A stretch of 64,000 nucleotides of DNA from Patescibacteria group bacterium (lineage in GTDB: Bacteria; Patescibacteriota; Microgenomatia; UBA12405). A model generated the notes under the pieces. The model saw nothing but the letters and a program-made list of their open reading frames with translations, did not search any database and was not told the origin of the DNA. Both the position numbers and the translations under genes were made by a program. The DNA lies in contig JBMNON010000004.1 in NCBI GenBank assembly GCA_050943115.1, forward strand, positions 2,447 through 66,446. The letters are read 5' to 3'. This document shows positions 9,091-18,303 of the stretch, in pieces (position 1 is the first letter of the stretch; each line of letters opens with the position of its first letter).

Positions 9091-9884
9091 ATATTTAGTC
9101 CAAACAACCTGAGGGCATTATCATCTACGATGCTTTCTGTTTCTTCTAAATTCAGCTTCCAAATACTAGCCACTTTTCCGTAAACATATTTAACGTAATC
9201 AGGTTTGTTAACTTCCCCTCTGTGAGGAATCGGTGTCAGGAAAGGAGAATCTGTTTCCAGAATAAGCTTTTCTTTTGGTATTGCAGCCACCACATCGGCC
9301 AAGCCGGTTTCATAAGTCAAATTGCCGTCAATTCCAAAATACCAGTCAATCCCCAGATCTAACACGTTTTTAATCCTCTTTTTTCCTCCTGTATAACAAT
9401 GGAATACCCCCCTAAGACCCTTATATTCTCCCAGAATACCCAACACCTCATCGACCGATTTTCTGGCGTGTATTATTAGGGGGAAGCTATATTTTTTTGC
9501 CAATTGGATTTGTTTTCGGAAAAGTATTTCCTGTTCATCCTTGTCTCTCTCTCGTTCTTCCGGGGGAGGAGGGGAGTAGTCAAGCCCTGTCTCGCCGATA
9601 GCGACAACATATTCACGATTTAAATTAGCCAATTCTTCCAGTGAAATTATTTGTTCTTCAATTGGTAAATCAAGTTCCGGAGCTGTGTCCTGGGGGTGTA
9701 TACCAACACTGGCCCAAAGCAAGCCTTTATTGGATTTCGCCATTTCCACATTGTTTTTGGATTCTTCGATGTTGCTGGCGGCCAATATCACACACCTCAA
9801 GTCACTTTTCTTGATACCCCCTACTGTCTCCTCTAGCGAGACGTCGCAAAATCTATCATTAATGTGGGCATGCGTATCAATCAT
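9087..9884 (-). CDS. tatD: TatD-family metal-dependent hydrolase (DNase).
   Basis: MIDTHAHIND start (HxH), GETGLDY, HCY and ETDSPFL motifs; 265 aa. Confidence 0.85.
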   Translation of the reverse strand: MIDTHAHINDRFCDVSLEETVGGIKKSDLRCVILAASNIEESKNNVEMAKSNKGLLWASVGIHPQDTAPELDLPIEEQIISLEELANLNREYVVAIGETGLDYSPPPPEERERDKDEQEILFRKQIQLAKKYSFPLIIHARKSVDEVLGILGEYKGLRGVFHCYTGGKKRIKNVLDLGIDWYFGIDGNLTYETGLADVVAAIPKEKLILETDSPFLTPIPHRGEVNKPDYVKYVYGKVASIWKLNLEETESIVDDNALRLFGLNI

Positions 9885-9988
9885 GGTTTTGTAATATTAT
9901 CATCAACATTTTTGTAAATTTTAAATTACTTTTTCAGATATTTCTCTATTTCCAAAAAAAGAAACCTTGCTTACCCCAAACACTACAA

Positions 9989-11395
9989 CTAAATTACCCG
10001 AGGGAACAGGGCCTTTACTGGAACCCTCACTTGACCCGAAAAACACTCGTGTATAACTTTGGAAGCATTCGGCATAAACGGGGCTAAAAGAGACGAGGCC
10101 CTTTTGATGTTAGCTATAAGCTCTTTTAGTAATGCTACCCTCGTCGGATCATCTTTTTCCAATTTCCAGGGAGTTTCTGAATTTAATTTGGCATTTGAAG
10201 AGTCAATAAATTCCGCAAAGACCCCCCTTATCGCTTCATCAAAATTTAGATTGTCAACCAGAAACTTGAAATCATTGTCAATTTTTACTTCTACATCTTC
10301 GATAACGATACCTTCTGCCAACTTAGCCAACCTCGATACCAAATTGCCTAAATTATTAGCTAAATCAGCATTATACCTTTCCTTAAACCTTTCAATACCC
10401 ACATCGGAATCATTATTGGTCGGAAACGATCTGGCAATCAAATACCTGCTGCCGTCCACGCCAAAAAGGTCAATTAACTGCTGTGGCGATATTACATCCC
10501 CCAGTGACTTTGACATTTTCTGTCCGTCAATAATATAAAAACTGTGAATAAAAGTTTTTTCAGGTAAATCCAAACCTGCCGACATTAGCATCGCTTGCCA
10601 AATGACTGTATGGAACCACAAAATTTCCTTCGCTAAAAGGTGGATATTGGCTGGCCAATATTTCCCCTTATCATCCAAAAATTGAGTGGCACTGTAATAA
10701 TTAATTAGGGCATCAATCCAAACGTAAATAGTGTGTTTTTTGTCCCAAGGGACAGGTATCCCCCACTCCACGTTTTCTCTTGATATAGATATATCCTTAA
10801 CACCTAATTTTAACTTCGAGAGAACCTCACTTCTTTTACCTTCAGGGTAAACATAATTAGTTTTATCGTCTTCTATTAACTCGATAATCTTTGGCACATA
10901 CTTGCTTAATCTAAAAAACCAATTTTCTTCTTCTCTCCAAACCGTTTTTTCCGGTGGATGAAGCGGGCAATGGCCGCCAACTAGGTCGGTTTCGGTTAGG
11001 AAGCTTTCACAGCCGATACAATACCAACCTTCGTATTTATCCTTATAAATATCCCTGTTATCATACATTTTTTGTAAAAAATCCTGGACTACCTTTTCGT
11101 GTCGGGGATCTGTTGTACGGATAAAAAAATCATTGCTGATATTTAGACTCTTCCAGGCTTCAGAAAATCGGGGAGCGATACTGTCGCAGTATTCCTGGGG
11201 CGACAAACCTGCTTTTTGGGCTGCCTCGTCTACTTTTTGGCCATGCTCATCGGTTCCCGTTAAAAAGAAAACATCATCCCCCAAGTTTCGATGAAGACGG
11301 GCGATGAAATCAGCCGCCAGAGTTGTTGAACTGTGGCCGATGTGTGGCACATCATTGATATAGTAAATCGGAGTTGTAATGTAAAAATTTTTCAT
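9989..11395 (-). CDS. metG: Methionyl-tRNA synthetase, minimal form (no C-terminal tRNA-binding extension).
   Basis: Class I HIGH (PHIGHSST) and KMSKS motifs; CxxC...CPLH zinc knuckle; 468 aa. Confidence 0.9.
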   Translation of the reverse strand: MKNFYITTPIYYINDVPHIGHSSTTLAADFIARLHRNLGDDVFFLTGTDEHGQKVDEAAQKAGLSPQEYCDSIAPRFSEAWKSLNISNDFFIRTTDPRHEKVVQDFLQKMYDNRDIYKDKYEGWYCIGCESFLTETDLVGGHCPLHPPEKTVWREEENWFFRLSKYVPKIIELIEDDKTNYVYPEGKRSEVLSKLKLGVKDISISRENVEWGIPVPWDKKHTIYVWIDALINYYSATQFLDDKGKYWPANIHLLAKEILWFHTVIWQAMLMSAGLDLPEKTFIHSFYIIDGQKMSKSLGDVISPQQLIDLFGVDGSRYLIARSFPTNNDSDVGIERFKERYNADLANNLGNLVSRLAKLAEGIVIEDVEVKIDNDFKFLVDNLNFDEAIRGVFAEFIDSSNAKLNSETPWKLEKDDPTRVALLKELIANIKRASSLLAPFMPNASKVIHECFSGQVRVPVKALFPRVI

Positions 11396-11463
11396 TTTAA
11401 GAAAACGTCAACTAATAAAGTATAACTTTATTTTGCCATGAATCCCCCAAATTAGGGTCATGG

Positions 11464-11751
11464 CTATGACATTTTCTTTGAGCTTTTCTTGGTAGTTGCT
11501 TTCGTATCTTGTTTTTTCACTTTGACTTTTCCGGCGAATTCCGACTTTAATCTGGCAACTTTATTGCCGCGATAAATCCTTTTCTTCCCAACCTTGTCAA
11601 GTGCAGAATATACGGCTTTTAAACCTTCAGCACTTGGTTTTGTCAAAAAATCTTTAACAATTTTCTTTAATTTACTTTTGGCGTATACATTTTCCTTGCG
11701 GTTTTTCAAGGACTTTCTTAATGATTTTTTTGCAGATAAACTAATTGGCAT
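11464..11751 (-). CDS. rpsT: 30S ribosomal protein S20 with a Lys-rich C-terminal tail.
   Basis: SAKKSLRKSLKNRKEN...LKKIVKDF...KAVYSALDKVGKKRIYRGNKVARLKS fits the S20 pattern. About 95 aa with a basic extension. Confidence 0.75.
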   Translation of the reverse strand: MPISLSAKKSLRKSLKNRKENVYAKSKLKKIVKDFLTKPSAEGLKAVYSALDKVGKKRIYRGNKVARLKSEFAGKVKVKKQDTKATTKKSSKKMS

Positions 11752-11817
11752 GGCTCTTATTCTATCTCAACCTTCCCATATTTACAAGAATTTATATAAT
11801 AGGTCATAATTACACCT

Positions 11818-13431
11818 ATGAACATTAGGCAACGGCTTACCGTTTATACGACACGCCGGCAAAGCAGTATTCTTTCAGCTTCTATTGTTTTGGCTGTTAC
11901 CTTTGCCATATCGGCTGCCCTAGGTTATCTCCGGACCCGCTTTCTTTACGGCATGTTCTTTAAATGTTGCGCTTCTGAGTTGGATGCCTACAATGCTGCT
12001 TTCCGCTTACCGGATTTAATATTCAAGCTTTTAGTAACTGGCGCCTTATCAGCCTCATTCATTCCTGTATTTTCCGGCTATCTTCACAAAGATCCCAAGC
12101 AAGCCAACAAAATTGCCTCAACGGTAATAAACCTCCTATTTCTAGTTTTTATCGGTGCCGCCATAACACTTTTAATGTTTACCCGCCCCTTATCTGAACT
12201 CATTGCTACCGGTTTTACTTCAGAACAATTTGATTTAATGGTCAACCTTACCCGGATACTTTTGACCGCCCAAATCTTCTTCCTCATTAGCAATTTCATC
12301 ACGGCCATACTCCAAGTAAATCAGATTTTTCTCATTCCGGCCTTTTCTCCTATCGTCTACAACTTATTTATTATCCTTAGCATTTTCACGCTCGCCCCCC
12401 GCTTTGGTTTATATGGGGTTGCTTATGGTGCTGTTGTTGGTGCCTTTTTCCACCTGGCAATACAAATACCAATTGCTAGGCGAGTTGGATTTAATTATTC
12501 CTTGGTTGCCGATACAAAACTAAAAGGGGTCAGGGAAGTTGTTAGGTTAATGATCCCCCGCAGTTTGTCTTTGGGCTTAGGTGAAATTGAGAATACTGTT
12601 ACCTTATTCTTTTCCAGCACGCTTGCCGTTGGTTCCTTTTCCTTACTTAACTTAGCAATGCAACTTATATATCTCCCCTCCAGGATTTTTGGGACTACAG
12701 TAGGTCAAGCGTCATTACCGATTCTGTCGAAAAATATCGCCAGAAATGAGCTTAACACCTTTCGTCAAACCGTCAACAAAACTCTCCTTCAAAGTTTATT
12801 CATCTCACTTCCCATCGCCACGCTTTTGTTGATATTACGCCTGCCGGTAGTGAGAATTGCCTACGGATCAAGGCAATTTCCATGGGAAGCCACCGTACTT
12901 ACCGCCAAAACTCTGGCTTTCCTGACACCGGTTATAGTTTGCCAGGCTGCTATCCAAATCCTTGTTAGGTCCTTTTATGCCCTCCACAACACCAAAACTC
13001 CTCTACATATCTCGACCATTTCACTGCTTACAAACATTATCCTAAACTACACCTTTATAAAATTAACTGATCTTGGAATAATGGGGTTGGCTATCAGTTC
13101 GTCGGTAAGCAATATTATCCAGGTGTCCGGATTGATGTTTCTGTTTATCAAAAAAGTCGACGGCTTCAACTGGCTTTCAACCTTCAAATCGGCATTTAGA
13201 ATATTTATTGCTTCCTTAGCCGCGGGAGCGTCCACTTGGATGGTGTTCAAAGGTTTGGATCTTTTCTTGCTAAACACCAGCAGAACCATCAACGTTCTAT
13301 TGCTGCTCGGTTCCACCTCTGCCATAGGCGGTTCCATTTATCTGATTTTAGCTCACCTACTTAATATCGAAGAATTCGCCGAATATAAAAAGTATTTCCT
13401 GAAAACCAAGCGTTTTATTTCCGCCAAATAG
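11818..13431 (+). CDS. murJ: Lipid II flippase MurJ/MviN.
   Basis: About 14 TM segments; N-terminal FRLPDLIFKLLVTGALSASFIPVFS is the MurJ signature region; 537 aa. Confidence 0.85.
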   Translation: MNIRQRLTVYTTRRQSSILSASIVLAVTFAISAALGYLRTRFLYGMFFKCCASELDAYNAAFRLPDLIFKLLVTGALSASFIPVFSGYLHKDPKQANKIASTVINLLFLVFIGAAITLLMFTRPLSELIATGFTSEQFDLMVNLTRILLTAQIFFLISNFITAILQVNQIFLIPAFSPIVYNLFIILSIFTLAPRFGLYGVAYGAVVGAFFHLAIQIPIARRVGFNYSLVADTKLKGVREVVRLMIPRSLSLGLGEIENTVTLFFSSTLAVGSFSLLNLAMQLIYLPSRIFGTTVGQASLPILSKNIARNELNTFRQTVNKTLLQSLFISLPIATLLLILRLPVVRIAYGSRQFPWEATVLTAKTLAFLTPVIVCQAAIQILVRSFYALHNTKTPLHISTISLLTNIILNYTFIKLTDLGIMGLAISSSVSNIIQVSGLMFLFIKKVDGFNWLSTFKSAFRIFIASLAAGASTWMVFKGLDLFLLNTSRTINVLLLLGSTSAIGGSIYLILAHLLNIEEFAEYKKYFLKTKRFISAK

Positions 13432-13448
13432 TTGTATATACTGTTTAT

Positions 13449-14015
13449 ATGAAACCCAAAAAAGAGATTTCTCTTTTGCCGGATGAGATGGACCTCAACT
13501 CACCTTCTGCCCGTCTTTTACGCTGGATTACAACTGTCGGCCGTGTTGTCATAATTGCAACCGAACTGGTTGTTATCGGTGCTTTTCTCTCCCGGTTCTA
13601 TCTTGACAGAAAAAATGCCGATCTCTCTGAGGTAATAAGACAGCAAAGAGCTATATTGGATAGTACCAAAGAGTTTGAAGATGACTTTACTCAGCTACAA
13701 ACCAAGTTGTCCACGATAAAAAAGGTTTATGCCGCCACCCCAGCTTATGATGAAAAAATTAGCGATTTAGTTACTAGTACCCCCCTCGATATCAGATATG
13801 AAAGTATGTCTATCAAAAAGTCCGATACGAATACGATTTCTGCTGACATCGAACTGATAGCTTTCCAGGAAGAGTCGATTGTCAATTTTATAACCAATTT
13901 AATTCTTAGCCCTTCCATGGATTCTGTCAACATTCGGACCATCAAGAAAAATTCAAAAGAAAACTTTTATAGGGTTACAATAGCCTTGGTTTTCAAAAAG
14001 GATCAGCCAAAATGA
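13449..14015 (+). CDS. PilN-like bitopic membrane protein (candidate type IV pilus/competence assembly component).
   Basis: Short cytoplasmic N-terminus with ISLLPDE (compare the PilN INLLP motif), one TM, a predicted coiled coil and a ~100-aa periplasmic domain; 188 aa. No pilM is visible upstream, so the assignment is tentative. Confidence 0.4.
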   Translation: MKPKKEISLLPDEMDLNSPSARLLRWITTVGRVVIIATELVVIGAFLSRFYLDRKNADLSEVIRQQRAILDSTKEFEDDFTQLQTKLSTIKKVYAATPAYDEKISDLVTSTPLDIRYESMSIKKSDTNTISADIELIAFQEESIVNFITNLILSPSMDSVNIRTIKKNSKENFYRVTIALVFKKDQPK

Positions 14016-14650
14016 ATTTCACTGAAACCCTGAAAACCCAAAAAATTCACCGCTTTGTAAAAAAGCAAAGAGAAAATAAAAAATTTCTCAAGTCACTGGA
14101 GTTAAGCGGTACTTTTTTCCTTATTGCCTTTTTTGGTTTATTTGCAATAAAACCGGCAATCACAACAATTTCCGGCTTGGTCGGGGACATTAAGGCTAAG
14201 GAACAGCTCACAGTAAAATTAAGGGAGAGGATTAAAAATATAATACAAGCTCAGGAAAATTATGCCCTTATCCAGGAGAAGTACAGCGTAATCGAATCTA
14301 GCCTTCCCGAAGGTTATCATTTTTTTAACTCTTCTAGCCAATTCCGGGCCTCCTTCATTGAGCAAAATGTCGCTTCTGACAGGTTGGTATATGGCTTTTC
14401 TGACACCCAAAAGCAGTCAGTTAAGAATCTACAAGCCTACAATATAAAGACCGGTGGTCAGGCCGATTTTTCACAAATAGTCGGTTTTGTCGACAAGATA
14501 CTTGGTGTCAGGAGATTGATGGATATTGATCAAATTAACTTTTCAATTGAAAAGGATGCCTACGCTGGCAGCCAAAGTGAAGCTAGCGCATCAGGTGGTT
14601 TGAAATTTAATATCAATGCCGATGTTTTTTACTGGGAGGAAGAAAAATGA
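14012..14650 (+). CDS. PilO-like bitopic membrane protein.
   Basis: Basic cytoplasmic N-terminus, one TM (LSGTFFLIAFFGLFAI), coiled-coil segment, C-terminal periplasmic domain; 212 aa. Overlaps the upstream gene by 4 nt. Confidence 0.35.
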   Translation: MNFTETLKTQKIHRFVKKQRENKKFLKSLELSGTFFLIAFFGLFAIKPAITTISGLVGDIKAKEQLTVKLRERIKNIIQAQENYALIQEKYSVIESSLPEGYHFFNSSSQFRASFIEQNVASDRLVYGFSDTQKQSVKNLQAYNIKTGGQADFSQIVGFVDKILGVRRLMDIDQINFSIEKDAYAGSQSEASASGGLKFNINADVFYWEEEK

Positions 14651-14940
14651 ACAAAGAAAAAACTTCATCGTATTTGATATTCATTTCAATTTTTACTTTC
14701 CTCACCGTCTTCACCCTGCTTATTCAAAAAAGTTATGAAAATTTAATCAAACCCACTCAAAACCTTGGCACCAACGAAAATATTACTCCGATGAATCCGA
14801 ACCTGGACATGACTGTTCTGGATGAAATTGAAAAGAGGGAAGATCTGCGTGTCGAGGATATAGACATGGGATTGCTTCAGGAGCTTGTGCCAACTCCGGA
14901 TTCTACCGATACAGGTACTCAATCAGTTAGGCTTCAATAA
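14647..14940 (+). CDS. Small single-pass membrane protein with acidic C-terminal tail.
   Basis: N-terminal TM (YLIFISIFTFLTVFTLLI); coupled (4-nt overlap) to pilO-like and followed 2 nt later by the large surface protein. Confidence 0.4.
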   Translation: MNKEKTSSYLIFISIFTFLTVFTLLIQKSYENLIKPTQNLGTNENITPMNPNLDMTVLDEIEKREDLRVEDIDMGLLQELVPTPDSTDTGTQSVRLQ

Positions 14941-14942
14941 CC

Positions 14943-16292
14943 ATGCGACAAGAAAAAAGGATACCGACACTCTTAGGACTGATCCTTCTCGTTCTATTTA
15001 TATTTGGAGGCGTTAGCCTAACCAGAAAAACAACATCTCTCAATACAAAAGCTAGTAATCCCTGTAAACCAATCAACCCCCAAGTAACCAACATTACCAA
15101 CAACTCCGCCGATATCTCTTTTCTAACAGAGTCCACTTGCTCATCAGCAATTATCATTACCGACAGGACAATTACTAACTTTAGGGAAAACAGCCAGGTG
15201 CACTACTTTCAGATAACTAGTTTACAAACCTCTACTGACTATACCTTTTCTTTCTTAATAAACGGCAACCGGCAGGAAAGCAGTAATTACAAATTTACAA
15301 CTGCCGGACAGCCATCAGGCAACATGCCCACATCAAACTTGGCTTGGGGAAAAGTTTATACCCCGGATCATCAACCGGCAATTGACGCTATCGTTTATCT
15401 AAATATTCCGGGGGCTTCTCCTCTGTCTTCTCGGGTTACGTCAAACGGATATTGGAATATCTCATTGGCTACTAGTTTTGATATTAATCAGAACACCTGG
15501 TTCACTCCGCCGGAAAACATAGAGGAAGATATCGTCGTACTTTACCCCAACTCTCCTCCGACCCAAATCACCAGTAGCACATCAAGAAACAATCCGGTAC
15601 CTGATATCATAATCGGTCGCAACTCATTTTCTTCAGTTAGCGCCAGTGGCGAAGAACCACCCGGTGTTATAGATCTTCCCGATCCTGGAGCTGTCCAAAT
15701 ACCCCTTGATATTATCAACCCCAAAAATAACGAATCAATAAATACCCAAAAACCCGATTTTTTTGGTAGCGGACCGGCAAATACCGTAGTCGAAATTCAG
15801 GTTGAATCACCCCAAACATTTACCGGCCAAGTCCACATAAATGATGATGGATCATGGAATTGGTCTCCTCCTGAAAATTTGGAGCCGGGAGAACATACAA
15901 TTACTGTTACTGCTACTGACCCCGAAACTGGTTTGGTAGAAACAGTCAAAAGAAGATTCGTTGTTCTGGCGGCTGATAACGACAACCTTGCCTTCACCGC
16001 TTCACAATCAGCCAGTCAAGCTAGCCCTACTCCGACAACAATACCCACCCCAACAGCCAAAGTTAGTAGCGCGAGTCCGTCTCCAACTCAAATACCAACT
16101 GTAACACCAGCAACAATTCCCACCAAAAAACCGGATGCACCAACACCAATTCCATCTATTACTTCTTCTAGTTCCGGCACCCAATCCAGCTTACTCGAAA
16201 GCGGACAGACCACCCCTACTTTACTTACTTTCATTGTTTCTACATCCCTGATTGGTCTTGGTTTAAGGCTGTTAAGGAAAACAAGTATTTAA
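14943..16292 (+). CDS. Large cell-surface protein: signal peptide, FN3-like and Ig-like (Big) domains, Pro/Thr/Ser linker, C-terminal TM plus basic tail (LLRKTSI).
   Basis: N-terminal hydrophobic signal. The segment ...NITNNSADISFLTES...YTFSF is FN3-like beta-sandwich, and PGEHTITVTATDPETGL is Ig-like/Big. PTPTTIPTPTAKVS is a linker, and the terminal hydrophobic stretch plus RLLRKTSI resembles a sorting-signal layout without LPXTG. Confidence 0.6.
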   Translation: MRQEKRIPTLLGLILLVLFIFGGVSLTRKTTSLNTKASNPCKPINPQVTNITNNSADISFLTESTCSSAIIITDRTITNFRENSQVHYFQITSLQTSTDYTFSFLINGNRQESSNYKFTTAGQPSGNMPTSNLAWGKVYTPDHQPAIDAIVYLNIPGASPLSSRVTSNGYWNISLATSFDINQNTWFTPPENIEEDIVVLYPNSPPTQITSSTSRNNPVPDIIIGRNSFSSVSASGEEPPGVIDLPDPGAVQIPLDIINPKNNESINTQKPDFFGSGPANTVVEIQVESPQTFTGQVHINDDGSWNWSPPENLEPGEHTITVTATDPETGLVETVKRRFVVLAADNDNLAFTASQSASQASPTPTTIPTPTAKVSSASPSPTQIPTVTPATIPTKKPDAPTPIPSITSSSSGTQSSLLESGQTTPTLLTFIVSTSLIGLGLRLLRKTSI

Positions 16293-16325
16293 AACTCGAA
16301 AATTTTCCTCTAAACTAACAATATA

Positions 16326-17369
16326 ATGCTTGTTCGTAAATATCTTTATGCCATTTTTACTATAGTCTTTTTCTCGCTATCACTCGTCGGTACCCTTTAC
16401 TTGGTTCAAAGAAATCAGGATATTAGGGACAGGGCTGAGGGTTGTCCTGAATGTCAGGAATGGAACGGTAGTTCTTGTTACTGGGATTTTAGCGGAGGAG
16501 GCGATGACTATTACATCCGATGTTGTTGCGCCCACCCTGATATATGTTCTGAGAGCGACGATTGGATGCAAAATTATTGCCAATCAAGCCCGGACGAATG
16601 TACCGTCTATCACCAAGGATCTTGTTTTACTGTAGAAAATTGCCAAGGTGAACAGGTTCAAAGATTTCACAAAAACTATACTGGTACGTCCGATAATTAT
16701 GATCAGGGTTTCTGCGGAACAACTGAAAATCCCGAATCACGCATAACTGTTCCCGATAATAACCAACATACTTATTGTGCTAACGCCAATCCTTGCGAGT
16801 GCGCCCAAATCGATCACCACTTCGACGGTGCTGGTGTCGATGGACCTGGAGGTGTCTGTGAGTGTAAAGCTTGTCCTCCACCCACCAATCCTCCTACCCA
16901 AATTCCTACAACCCCACCCACCAATACACCTACTCTGACCCCCACTAAAACTCCCACCCCTACAGCCACTAAAACTCCGACTCCTACTGCCACCAAGACT
17001 CCCACCCCAACCCATACGCCCACTCCCACCAAAACTCCGACTCCTACTGCCAGCAACACCCCGCCTCCAGGATCTACTCCGACCTCAACTCCTATTCCTA
17101 CAAACACGCCCACTCCCACCAAAACTCCAACCCCTGTCCCCCCATCTGGCACGCCCGCTCCAAGCAATACTCCTGCTCCCAGCAATACCCCAATACCGAC
17201 CCTGGTTATTGCCCAAAATACACCCGTTCCTACCGACGCCCCTGCAATAGCTCAGGCTCCCAGCCCAACTACAGTCACCTTGCCGCAAGCTGGCGTAGAC
17301 CTTCCGGTAAAGATAATCGCCGTTGTCGGTACAATTATCACATTGTTCGGCTTTTTGATATTATTATAA
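16326..17369 (+). CDS. Cys-rich secreted protein with long Pro/Thr linker and C-terminal LPQAG motif followed by a hydrophobic anchor; candidate sortase substrate.
   Basis: About 24 Cys in the first 190 aa (CPECQEW, CCCAHPDIC, CECKACPPP). A 130-aa PT repeat region (TPTPTATKTPTPT). C-terminus TLPQAGVDLPVK-IIAVVGTIITLFGFLILL. The CECKACPPPTNPPT junction mirrors [13 protein letters not shown] in the sortase. Confidence 0.6.
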   Translation: MLVRKYLYAIFTIVFFSLSLVGTLYLVQRNQDIRDRAEGCPECQEWNGSSCYWDFSGGGDDYYIRCCCAHPDICSESDDWMQNYCQSSPDECTVYHQGSCFTVENCQGEQVQRFHKNYTGTSDNYDQGFCGTTENPESRITVPDNNQHTYCANANPCECAQIDHHFDGAGVDGPGGVCECKACPPPTNPPTQIPTTPPTNTPTLTPTKTPTPTATKTPTPTATKTPTPTHTPTPTKTPTPTASNTPPPGSTPTSTPIPTNTPTPTKTPTPVPPSGTPAPSNTPAPSNTPIPTLVIAQNTPVPTDAPAIAQAPSPTTVTLPQAGVDLPVKIIAVVGTIITLFGFLILL

Positions 17370-17370
17370 T

Positions 17371-18303
17371 TTGATGACTACATCTTTAAGGGTTAATCTT
17401 CTTTCTCTGATAGAAGCGCTACGTCCGGTTCAGTGGATTAAAAATTTAAATTTATTCGCCGCCGCTATCCTCAATGGTCAGTTAACAAATGCTGAAGTCT
17501 TTTTTAAAAGCCTGGGTGCTTTTATTGTCTTTAGTCTTTTATCATCTTCTTCCTATTTGATAAATGATCTTGTTGACATTAACAACGACAGGAACCACCC
17601 TGTTAAAAAAAACCGCCCATTGGCCAGGGGTGACGTCTCTGAATCACTTGCCATCTTTACTGCCTTCCTACTGCTTATCCTGGGCTTATTCCTGGCAATG
17701 TTTATCAACCCTGGTTTTCTGTTTATATCCCTTGTGTTTGTTTTTCTTCAATATACATATTCTCTGGTCCTAAAAAAGAAGGCTATCCTCGATATTATCG
17801 GTATTGCTTTTTTCTTTATCCTAAGGGCATATGCTGGTGAAATTGCTACCGGTTACCATTTACCCGTATGGATAATGTTGACGGTAATTTTTCTCTCCTT
17901 GTTTATCGCAAGCGGTAAAAGACGCAGCGAGCTTGTGAATACCGGTTCCAAAACCAGAGCCGCTCTAAAAGGTTATGGTACTTCTCTTCTTAACTTTTAC
18001 ACTACCATGTTCGGCGTTTGCACCCTTATCACATACGCCATGTTTACCTTTCTGGAAGAGCCTGTCAGATTTCAAGGACTAATTCATAATTTTTTGCTGG
18101 AAAATTTTCCGGCAGCGCTTGACCGCAAGTGGTATATGGTAACGCTTCTTCCGGTGATATTTGGTATTATGCGCTACGGCCAGATTATCTTTGAAATGCA
18201 GGAAGGGGAGAGGCCTGAACGGGTTGTTGCTACTGATATCCCGCTTCTGATGTCCATCCTCGCATGGGGTCTAATGATAATCACCATTATTTATGTTCTT
18301 TAA
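17371..18303 (+). CDS. UbiA-family prenyl-phosphate phosphoribosyltransferase, decaprenyl-phosphate 5-phosphoribosyltransferase (DPPR synthase)-like.
   Basis: LRPVQWIKNLNLF, first Asp-rich motif YLINDLVDINNDRNHPVKKNRPLARG (NDxxDxxxD) and second motif in a polytopic membrane protein; 310 aa. The pattern matches the Rv3806c-type subfamily rather than quinone UbiA/MenA. Confidence 0.7.
   Translation: MMTTSLRVNLLSLIEALRPVQWIKNLNLFAAAILNGQLTNAEVFFKSLGAFIVFSLLSSSSYLINDLVDINNDRNHPVKKNRPLARGDVSESLAIFTAFLLLILGLFLAMFINPGFLFISLVFVFLQYTYSLVLKKKAILDIIGIAFFFILRAYAGEIATGYHLPVWIMLTVIFLSLFIASGKRRSELVNTGSKTRAALKGYGTSLLNFYTTMFGVCTLITYAMFTFLEEPVRFQGLIHNFLLENFPAALDRKWYMVTLLPVIFGIMRYGQIIFEMQEGERPERVVATDIPLLMSILAWGLMIITIIYVL

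Noticed and set aside
10059-10538. 159-aa plus-strand ORF inside metG; likewise 43546..44169(-) inside dnaK, 47332..47688(-) inside infB and 54477..54866(-) inside rnj
   Set aside because: They are antisense to strongly supported conserved genes, with no motifs.
13449-14650. Alternative reading of the PilN/PilO-like pair as FtsL/FtsB/DivIC-type division proteins
   Set aside because: Not truly rejected. Bitopic coiled-coil proteins are hard to discriminate by eye. The lengths (188/212 aa) and the ISLLP motif favour PilN/O, so the lower-confidence Pil call was retained.
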